A DNA stretch of 23,052 bases from positions 1 to 23,052 of the forward strand of contig RXIG01000020.1 in the NCBI GenBank assembly GCA_004212155.1, read 5' to 3'. The DNA comes from an archaeon. GTDB taxonomy: Archaea > Methanobacteriota_B > Thermococci > Methanofastidiosales > NM3. Each line of letters starts with the position of its first letter. Positions within the stretch are counted from its first letter, which is position 1. Both the position numbers and the translations under genes were made by a program. Shown one piece after another: positions 16,034-23,052 of this stretch. Below the pieces are notes generated by a model. The model saw nothing but the letters and a program-made list of their open reading frames with translations. It did no database searches and was not told the origin of the DNA.

Positions 16034-16450
16034 ATGCAAAGGGTAACACGATTTGGCGTCTCAGTGCCTACGACGCTTATGAAAAAGTTCGATGATATCA
16101 TCGAGTCGGAACGCTACAAGAACCGTTCGAAGGCGATATCGGAACTGATACGCTCAAAGGTGAGCGAATCCGAGTTCATGAAGGGGTCACATTTTCTCAT
16201 AGGCACCATCACGTATCTCTACGATCCCACTGTGCACTCCGTCCTCAAGCAGCTCCACGATGCCACCGTCTCGTCAAAGGCAACGGTGCATGCATCAACG
16301 AGCGTTCCTGCGAAGGAGAACAAGGTGCTTGGCGTGCTCACGTGCGAAGGGGACTGGTTTGACATAAAGGAGACGTATCAAAGGATAAACAGGACAAAGG
16401 GCGTCGAGTACTGCAAGGCTTCGTTTGTCAATCCCACCATCGAGGAGTAA
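16034..16450 (+). CDS. NikR-like ribbon-helix-helix regulator (nickel ligands absent)
   Basis: TRFGVSVP..LMKKFD....YKNRSKAISELIR and GTITYLYD ACT-like domain. Confidence 0.85.
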   Translation: MQRVTRFGVSVPTTLMKKFDDIIESERYKNRSKAISELIRSKVSESEFMKGSHFLIGTITYLYDPTVHSVLKQLHDATVSSKATVHASTSVPAKENKVLGVLTCEGDWFDIKETYQRINRTKGVEYCKASFVNPTIEE

Positions 16451-16454
16451 GTGA

Positions 16455-17120
16455 CTATTTCTTGGCGACGTCGACGTCAAGCGTGCCGACCGACTCTATG
16501 TATGCGTGCAGGGTGTCGCCCGGACGAAGCGGTCCCACGCCCTCTGGGGTCCCGGTGGCGATGACATCGCCATGTTCGAGTGTCGTGACCTTTGATATCT
16601 CCGAGATGATGTCCTCGACGGAAAATATCATGTCCTTCGTGTTCGAGGACTGGCGCACCTCGCCATTGACCGTGAGGCTCAGGTCGAGGTCGTTGGGGTC
16701 CTTGATGGCGGCTGCTGGAACGATATCGAGCTTCATGGGCGCAAACGTGTCAAACCCCTTGGCTATCGACCATGGGCGACCCTCCCGTATGTACTTGTCC
16801 TGGAGGTCGCGTGCCGTGATGTCAAGAAGTATGGAGTAACCGAGAACGTGGTCGAGCGCCTCCTCGCGGGGTATGTTGCTTCCGCCATTGCCGATGATGA
16901 CGGCCAGCTCCACCTCGTGGTGAATGTTTTCGGAAAGCTCGGGCAAGACGATCGACTCCCCATCGCCGATGATCGTTTGCGGCGGCTTGAGGAACCAAAG
17001 CGGCATGTCGGGAACGGCATGCTTGAGCTCCTTGCCGTGGGCATGGTAGTTGACGATGAGGCATACCACCTTCGTGGGATGGACCTCATTGCCATCCAGT
17101 GTGAGTGCCCGCATCTTCAC
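16455..17120 (-). CDS. Fumarylacetoacetate hydrolase family protein
   Basis: NYHAH, FLKPP, HHEVELAVIIG, LDITARDLQ, AKGFDTFAP, GDVIATGTPEGVG. Confidence 0.95.
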   Translation of the reverse strand: MKMRALTLDGNEVHPTKVVCLIVNYHAHGKELKHAVPDMPLWFLKPPQTIIGDGESIVLPELSENIHHEVELAVIIGNGGSNIPREEALDHVLGYSILLDITARDLQDKYIREGRPWSIAKGFDTFAPMKLDIVPAAAIKDPNDLDLSLTVNGEVRQSSNTKDMIFSVEDIISEISKVTTLEHGDVIATGTPEGVGPLRPGDTLHAYIESVGTLDVDVAKK

Positions 17121-17359
17121 TCCTCCTCCCAGATGACGTCTCCCTCTTTTCCGATGCTGAGTATGTTGTTCCTTCTCAGGACGAGGCGTTTGTAGTCGCG
17201 CGTCGTCTCTCCCTTCTGCGACGTCGCGTCTGCGAGCGCGATGTTGAGGTCCTTGTCGTACCCGACCATCCTGCCACGTATCATGCGGCCGTCGCGAAGA
17301 TAGACCTCTACATCGTTATCAAGATTCTTATGAATGAGATCGAATGGTTTTCTGCTCAC
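17117..17359 (-). CDS. Sm-like archaeal protein (LSm/SmAP)
   Basis: GTG start MSRKPFDLI; VEVYLRDGRMIRGRMVGYDKDLNIALADA (Sm1), LVLRRNNILSI (Sm2); AGGGGA SD. Confidence 0.88.
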   Translation of the reverse strand: MSRKPFDLIHKNLDNDVEVYLRDGRMIRGRMVGYDKDLNIALADATSQKGETTRDYKRLVLRRNNILSIGKEGDVIWEEE

Positions 17360-17437
17360 GTGAAATCCCCTATTAAACATCGCCGAGACGTTTATAAAGA
17401 TTGCGTCGCGAAGGACATGCCGGACCGCGGTCATACC

Positions 17438-17466
17438 TACCCAAATATGAGACCAAAGATATTTAT
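17438..17466 (+). promoter_or_regulatory. Candidate autoregulatory operator and TATA-like box of rbkR
   Basis: TACCCAAATATGAGAC (17438-17453) resembles TACTCATTTATGATTA upstream of ribE; followed by CAAAGATATTTAT. Confidence 0.45.
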
Positions 17467-17502
17467 GCGTATGAACGTGGAGAGATATACAAAGGTGGTA
17501 CT

Positions 17503-18171
17503 GTGGAGATCGAGGAAGTGGCGAGCCTCATACCGCTCGCCAAGCGTGGAGCGATAGAGGAACGGATCTATCTCACGTCAGGAGAGTTCGCACAGGAACT
17601 GGGCACGTCGCAGCAGACGGCCAACAGGCGCCTTCAGATGCTTGAGGAAAGGGGATTCATAGAACGTACGGGCAGCCCCCGGCGCCAGCAGGTCATCCTC
17701 ACCGAAAAGGGCGCTGCGAAGATGAAAGACCTCTTTTTTACCCTCTACAACATCTTCAGCAAGCCTGAAAACGAGATAACGATCCGTGGGCGCCTCATCA
17801 CGGGCATGGGGGAAGGGAAGTATTACATCTCGCAACAGGGCTACAGGAACCAGTTCATACAGAAGCTGGGCTTCTCGCTCTACCCCGGCACGTTCAATCT
17901 CAAGCTCGACGACAACAATCTCGCACGGTTCAACGCCGCCATTGAAAAGCTCACGTTCATACCGATAGAGGGATTCAAGACCGAGGACCGGTCGTTTGGT
18001 GCGGTGAAGGCATACAAGGCAAAGATTGGCAACAAGATCGACGGCGCCATCATCATACCGTACCGTACACACCATGACGAAAACATCGTCGAGATCGTCG
18101 CGCCCACATACCTGCGCAAGGCGCTTGCCGTCAACGAGGGGGACGCCGTCGACGTCACCATATACGGATAA
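17503..18171 (+). CDS. ribK: CTP-dependent riboflavin kinase with N-terminal wHTH (RbkR type)
   Basis: LTSGEFAQELGTSQQTANRRLQMLEERGFIER HTH; GMGEGKYYI, YPGTFNL, PYRTHH, EIVAPTYLRKAL; AGGTGG SD before GTG 17503. Confidence 0.95.
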   Translation: MEIEEVASLIPLAKRGAIEERIYLTSGEFAQELGTSQQTANRRLQMLEERGFIERTGSPRRQQVILTEKGAAKMKDLFFTLYNIFSKPENEITIRGRLITGMGEGKYYISQQGYRNQFIQKLGFSLYPGTFNLKLDDNNLARFNAAIEKLTFIPIEGFKTEDRSFGAVKAYKAKIGNKIDGAIIIPYRTHHDENIVEIVAPTYLRKALAVNEGDAVDVTIYG

Positions 18172-18177
18172 GATACC

Positions 18178-18618
18178 ATGAAGGTCTACTTCAGCCACCC
18201 ATCGCTTGCATACCACACACCAACCGAAGAATACGCCATACGCCTCATCAAGGAGGAACTGGGCGCAAAGAGCATCATCAATCCCTACGACTATCGGGGA
18301 AAGGACAAGAAGCGTCTTGGCACGTTCCTCGAATCATCTGATGCGGTCGTCGGGATGTCGGTCTACGAAACGTATCCCTATATCGTCTGGAACGACCTTG
18401 AATTTGCACAGACGCTGCATAAGGACGTTTATACGCTCACATTCCCCTCAGACCACAACGAGAAGATCGAACTAATCGAGGGCATCGTGGACGAGTTCGC
18501 TTTCCTGGACGCACATGAGACCGACGAGTTCTACAACAAGATCCTGAAACGCCAGAGCAAGGGGCTCCTCTCAACGCTTTTGTTCGGGAAGCTGGCCAAA
18601 AAGGACAACGTGTTCTGA
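18178..18618 (+). CDS. Hypothetical protein (possible nucleoside deoxyribosyltransferase-like Rossmannoid fold)
   Basis: MKVYFSHP...IINP...SDAVV pattern; 6 nt downstream of ribK, so probably co-transcribed. Confidence 0.7.
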   Translation: MKVYFSHPSLAYHTPTEEYAIRLIKEELGAKSIINPYDYRGKDKKRLGTFLESSDAVVGMSVYETYPYIVWNDLEFAQTLHKDVYTLTFPSDHNEKIELIEGIVDEFAFLDAHETDEFYNKILKRQSKGLLSTLLFGKLAKKDNVF

Positions 18619-18683
18619 CCGTGCTCGTGTGGCCTTCCTTTCTTGGATTGCTTGATGTCCCTGCCCCATTGTGCACAAGGGCA

Positions 18684-19427
18684 CTAGTACTCCATGGGAG
18701 CAAGATAAAAGATCATGTTGCCGTGCTCGAATGAGAACTCGAGCTTGAGCGGATAGTCCTTCTCGCCCATTGAAAGGCGTATGGTGTCTGATATCTGCCC
18801 AGCCTTGAGAAACGACACGAGATACGAGAGATTGTAGCGTGCTGAGCAGGGCCTGTCTATCGTGACATCGCGAAGCGACTCGTTGTCTTTGCTGATTGTG
18901 ATGACCGCGTTGCCAAGCTCGCCTATCGACGACATGACGAGTGCATCGTCGCTTACGTCAAACGTTACCGACCCCCCCGCCACGGCAAGGTCCTTGATGC
19001 AGTTTCGAAACACCTCCGTGTCAAGCTCCATGGCAACGGGAAAAGTGATGTCAATGCGCGGAAGATTGTTGTTGAGCTCGATGAGCGAAGCGTCGAACTT
19101 GCGCTCGATACCTCCGTTGAGGACGATCTCAAGGAGGTTCTCTCGATCGCGGGAGATGAGCCGCACGGTGTCAGGCCCCTGGATACGCTTGGCGATCTTG
19201 TCAAGCGAGACCATATCGACGCCGAACTCAAACGAGGTGTCAACGTTGTACTCCATGAAAAAACTGTTTTTGAGGTAGACCTCGACCTTCGAGATGATCG
19301 AAGGGTCGGCACCATCGATGCGGAAGCAGTCGTTATCGAAGATGAAGGCGGCCTCATCGACTATCTCTGCTATCGACTCAAAGATATTTTTAAGCGTCCT
19401 TGAGTCAGCAACTGAGACGTCGATCAT
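18684..19427 (-). CDS. pcn: DNA polymerase sliding clamp (PCNA)
   Basis: 247 aa; IVDEAAF, DPS, FGVDM..L.KI.KR, ARYNLSYL, YPLKLEF, FYLAP. Confidence 0.9.
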   Translation of the reverse strand: MIDVSVADSRTLKNIFESIAEIVDEAAFIFDNDCFRIDGADPSIISKVEVYLKNSFFMEYNVDTSFEFGVDMVSLDKIAKRIQGPDTVRLISRDRENLLEIVLNGGIERKFDASLIELNNNLPRIDITFPVAMELDTEVFRNCIKDLAVAGGSVTFDVSDDALVMSSIGELGNAVITISKDNESLRDVTIDRPCSARYNLSYLVSFLKAGQISDTIRLSMGEKDYPLKLEFSFEHGNMIFYLAPMEY

Positions 19428-19515
19428 GAAAGTGGTCCTCCGCAAAGAAGTAACAAATATATCTATTAAAATCTTGCGGATAAAATGTAAATGATGCAAA
19501 AGAAATCAATGCCGC

Positions 19516-22500
19516 TCAGACCTCTGCCACGCCGTAGCGCTGCATGTCGCCTAGCTCGGCGACCTGTTCGAGCTCCACTGAGACGATGCGCGAGATCTTG
19601 TCCTTCTGGAGCGACGTGCCAAACAGCCTGTCCGCGCGTGCCATCATCGCGTCCCTATGCGTGACGACGATGAACTGGGACGACTCGCACGAATGCTTGA
19701 TTAGCTCCGAGACCTTGCGCACGTTGTCGTCATCGAGATGGGCATCGATCTCGTCGAGAATGTAGAACGGGGCCGGCTTGTACTGCTGGATGGCAAACAC
19801 GAACGCCAATGCGGTCAGCGCCTTCTCGCCGCCGGACATGCTCTCGGTCCTCACGAGCTCCTTGCCCGCGGGGCGCGCCTCGATGAAGAGGCCGCCGCCG
19901 AATGGGTCCTCGTCGTCCTCAAGGACCAGATTGCCCTCGCCCTGCGGCGAGAGTTGGTCGAAGATCTCGGTGAAGTTCTTGCTGACAACGTCAAATGCCT
20001 GCATGAAGACGTCGCGCTTTTTCGTTTCCACCTCGTCGATGAAGCGGAGGATGGATGTCTTCTCCTCAAGCAGCTTGTCGCGCTTGCTCGAGAGCAGGAG
20101 GTACCGGCTCTCGACCTCGTCATACTCCTCTATGGCACGCATGTTGATGGGCTCAAGCTCTTCTTTTTCTTTTTCCATGCGCCCGATCTTGAATCTGAGC
20201 TCCTTGAGGTCCTCGACGACCTCCTTAGGCCGTTCAAACGAGGCGGATTCCTCCTCGAGCTCCCGTATCTGCTCATCGAGCCCCTCCTTTTTTACCTCGA
20301 GCGCCTTGATGTCTGCCTCTGCCTTGGCGCTGCGTCCCATTACCTTCTCACGGCGATCACGTGTCGCCGAGAGCGTGGTGCGCAACGTGTCGCGCTGCTC
20401 CTTGATGTCCTGGAGCACGGACGAGAGGGCGGACTCCTCGTCGCGCTTGTTCTCGAGGTCGAGCTCCGCTGTCCCTATCTCGTCCTCGAGCGAGGAAAGT
20501 TCTGTTTCAAGGCCCTCGGCATCGCTTGAAAGCGAGGCAATCTCGTCCGATATGGACGCGTTGCGGGCTGCGAGGGTATCCCGTTGGGATTCAAGAGAAT
20601 AGATCGATGAAACGAGCTCTTCGCGCTCATGGCGTTTTTTGGCAAGCTCGTCGGCAAGCTTCTGCGAGCGTTCGACGCTCTCTGAGCGATATTCCTCCAC
20701 CTTGGCGTCGAGTGCGTCCTTGCGCTCTCGTGCCTCGCGCAGCTGTTCCTCCACCGTGGCGAGCTCCTCCTCGTGCGACGACATGCGCCCACGTATGTCC
20801 TCGAGAGACTCGCGGGCCTTTGCGAGCGAGGTCTCGATAGCCTGATTCCTTGAACGCTTGGACCCGAGGGAGCGCTCAAGTTCCCCGGCGCTCTTTCGTG
20901 CAGCGGCGATCTCAGCGGAGAGGCGTGCGTCGGCCTGGGAGGCGTTCTCGATCTCCTCGCGAAGCGATGCGAGGTCCTCGCGAAGCGAGGTGCGCTGTTT
21001 CTCGAAATTCTCCTTTTCCCCCATGAGGCGGGCGAGCTCCTCCTCGTCCTCCTTCGTCTCGAACGACTCGAGATAGCGGCGGGGGCGCCAGTAGCCGCCG
21101 GTCATGATGCCTGAGGCCTCGATGATGTCGCCGTCAAGCGTGACCATGCGCTGGCGTGACATGGAACGCGACACATCGATGTCGCGTATGATGAGCGTGT
21201 TTGAGAAAACGAACTCGAACGCCTTGCGGTGCTCCTCCTTGAACGAGACAAGATTGATGGCGAAGTCGATGGCACCCTCCCTCTCGAGATTGCCACTGTA
21301 GCGTTCGGGCGTGAATCGGGGTGATATCTCCGCAAGCGGGATGAAGGTGACGCGTCCGAGCTTCTTCTTCTTGAGTATCGATATGCATGAGCGGGCCACG
21401 TCGCTGTCCTCGACCACAATGTCTTTCATGCGCGCGCCGGCGGCCACCTCGAGGGCGACAGCATACTCCTTGCTCGTTGTGCCAAGGTCTGAGACCTTGC
21501 CTATGATGCCCTCGACCTCACCGGTCTCCATGAGGCGCAGCACCTCGTCAGTGGCGCTCTTGTTTCGTCCCTGCACATCGCGAGACTCCTGCTTCTTGCC
21601 CATCTGCGACTGGAGCTCGGTGATTGCGTTGCGAAGTGCTATGAGCTTGCGCTCGATCGCATCGAGGTGCGAGGATAGCTCGCGCTCTCGTTCGCGCAAT
21701 CTCCCCACGTCAAGACGCGTTCGTTCGTGCTGCTTTTCCTCGAGCGTTCGCTGCGTCTCTGCGAGCTCGGACTCGATCTCATCGATGCCAAGGTCGGCAA
21801 GGTCGTTTTGCAGCGACTCGATGCGTTCGGCGGTCGCGCTCTCGCGCTCGTTGAGTGATGTGAGGTTGTTACGTAATGAGTATTCCTGATCCTTGAGGCC
21901 AGCGATATGGTCCTCCATGCCGTCGGCCTCCTCCTTGTACTCGAAGAACTTGTTGCTCGTCTCCTCGAGCGAGTCGATAAGCGATGCATACGTGCGCTCC
22001 TTCTCCCCTATCTCGGCGTCGAGCTCGGAGAGCTCTTCCTGGAGCCGCTTGATCTCGGCATTCATCCCTGCGATCTGTGATTCGTTTGATGCGTGCGTGT
22101 CGGAGAGCTGTTCGATCTTGGAACGGGCAGATTGGAGCGAAGAGCTCTTCATCTCCTTGCGTGCGTTGAGCGTATCGAGTTGTGATGAGAGGCGCGCGAC
22201 CTCGCGGGATAATGCAAGGTACTCGTCCTCGCGCTTCTCCTCGATCTCGGACTCGATCTCCTTGCTGCGCTCCTCGTACTCGGCGATCTTTTCGTGGAGG
22301 TCCTCTGCCTCGGCGTTGAGGCGTTCGATCGTCTCCTGCTTGTCGGCGATGCTTTCCTCGAGCTCGAGGCGCTGAGAGGTGCACTCGTCGAGCTCCCCGT
22401 AGATGAGCTTGCCCTTGTCCTTGGCGATCTCATCACGGAGGTACTGGTAGCGCAGCGCATCGTTCTTCTCGTTCTCGAGCCTGTTGAGCTGGGATGCGAC

Positions 22501-23052
22501 CTCCTTGACGACAAGGTCGACGCGTGCTATGTTCTCCTCGGCCTTCTGCAGCTCGCGCAGGCCTTTTTCCTTCTTCTCGTCAAACTCCTGAATGCCGGAT
22601 ATCTCCTCTATGATGGCACGTCGCTCAAACGACGACATCTTGATGAAACGGGTGATATCGCCCTGGGCTATCATGTTGTAGCCGTCCGGAGTGAGGCCGA
22701 CGCTGTTGAGCAGGTCAACGACATATGAACGCGTCTCTCGCTTGTTGTTCACGCGATAGACGCCCTTGCCCGATTTGTCGACCTTGCGTGAGATGATGAC
22801 CTCCTTCTTGTCAATGGGAAAGGAACCGTCCTCGTTGTCGAAGAAGATGCTCACATCGGCGTATTCGGCAGGTTTGTGTTTTTCCGTACCGGCGAAGACG
22901 AGGTCGGCGATTGAGCCGGCGCGCATCGACTTGGCAGACATCCTCCCAAGGACGAACGAGATGGCATCGAATAGGTTCGACTTGCCCGAACCGTTGGGTC
23001 CCACCACGCATGTGAACCCTTTATGAAGGGGCACGGCTATGCGCTTGTTGCC
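19516..23052 (-). CDS. smc: Chromosome segregation protein SMC (5' end outside window)
   Basis: Walker A GPNGSGKSN, coiled coils, hinge (GRVTFIPL, VTLDGDIIEASGIMTGG), signature MSGGEK, Walker B ILDEIDAHLD; frame open to the window edge. Confidence 0.98.
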   Translation of the reverse strand, partial: GNKRIAVPLHKGFTCVVGPNGSGKSNLFDAISFVLGRMSAKSMRAGSIADLVFAGTEKHKPAEYADVSIFFDNEDGSFPIDKKEVIISRKVDKSGKGVYRVNNKRETRSYVVDLLNSVGLTPDGYNMIAQGDITRFIKMSSFERRAIIEEISGIQEFDEKKEKGLRELQKAEENIARVDLVVKEVASQLNRLENEKNDALRYQYLRDEIAKDKGKLIYGELDECTSQRLELEESIADKQETIERLNAEAEDLHEKIAEYEERSKEIESEIEEKREDEYLALSREVARLSSQLDTLNARKEMKSSSLQSARSKIEQLSDTHASNESQIAGMNAEIKRLQEELSELDAEIGEKERTYASLIDSLEETSNKFFEYKEEADGMEDHIAGLKDQEYSLRNNLTSLNERESATAERIESLQNDLADLGIDEIESELAETQRTLEEKQHERTRLDVGRLRERERELSSHLDAIERKLIALRNAITELQSQMGKKQESRDVQGRNKSATDEVLRLMETGEVEGIIGKVSDLGTTSKEYAVALEVAAGARMKDIVVEDSDVARSCISILKKKKLGRVTFIPLAEISPRFTPERYSGNLEREGAIDFAINLVSFKEEHRKAFEFVFSNTLIIRDIDVSRSMSRQRMVTLDGDIIEASGIMTGGYWRPRRYLESFETKEDEEELARLMGEKENFEKQRTSLREDLASLREEIENASQADARLSAEIAAARKSAGELERSLGSKRSRNQAIETSLAKARESLEDIRGRMSSHEEELATVEEQLREARERKDALDAKVEEYRSESVERSQKLADELAKKRHEREELVSSIYSLESQRDTLAARNASISDEIASLSSDAEGLETELSSLEDEIGTAELDLENKRDEESALSSVLQDIKEQRDTLRTTLSATRDRREKVMGRSAKAEADIKALEVKKEGLDEQIRELEEESASFERPKEVVEDLKELRFKIGRMEKEKEELEPINMRAIEEYDEVESRYLLLSSKRDKLLEEKTSILRFIDEVETKKRDVFMQAFDVVSKNFTEIFDQLSPQGEGNLVLEDDEDPFGGGLFIEARPAGKELVRTESMSGGEKALTALAFVFAIQQYKPAPFYILDEIDAHLDDDNVRKVSELIKHSCESSQFIVVTHRDAMMARADRLFGTSLQKDKISRIVSVELEQVAELGDMQRYGVAEV

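Noticed and set aside
19544-23026. Many plus-strand and alternate-frame ORFs inside smc
   Set aside because: Ser/Arg-rich shadows produced by the codon bias of the coiled coil.

Overview
Archaeal chromosomal window (archaeal-type PCNA, Sm protein, CTP-dependent riboflavin kinase, UPF0147, tungsten AOR, SMC, GAGGTG-type Shine-Dalgarno sites, TATA promoters). A euryarchaeal, possibly Thermococci/Methanofastidiosa-like, host is an inference. A tRNA-Ser(UGA) at 9791-9881 divides it. The left part is accessory-looking: a CxxC-x17-CxxC mini-protein, a methyltransferase, a TSP3/PQQ-propeller lipoprotein, two tandem DUF1102-like secreted proteins with duplicated promoters, an orphan receiver protein, small HTH proteins, two exported proteins carrying short repeated motifs (DMLLID x2, GWTFVPE x3), and a bacterial-type ribE-ribBA-ribH operon lacking ribD. 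The right part is mostly housekeeping: QueG-like Fe-S protein, class II aldolase, AOR, UPF0147, regulators, DUF4097 protein, NikR-like protein, FAH hydrolase, Sm, RbkR/RibK, PCNA and a 5'-truncated SMC. Best leads: (1) a divergent ArsR / 55-aa peptide / DUF4097 module whose two large proteins share a gapless 41-aa helical segment; (2) a bacterial riboflavin operon with a palindrome that recurs upstream of the archaeal rbkR gene; (3) short peptide motifs conserved at the DNA level in two adjacent exported proteins; (4) a DUF1102 pair that may encode fibre subunits. All family calls come from motif recognition by eye; no searches were run.
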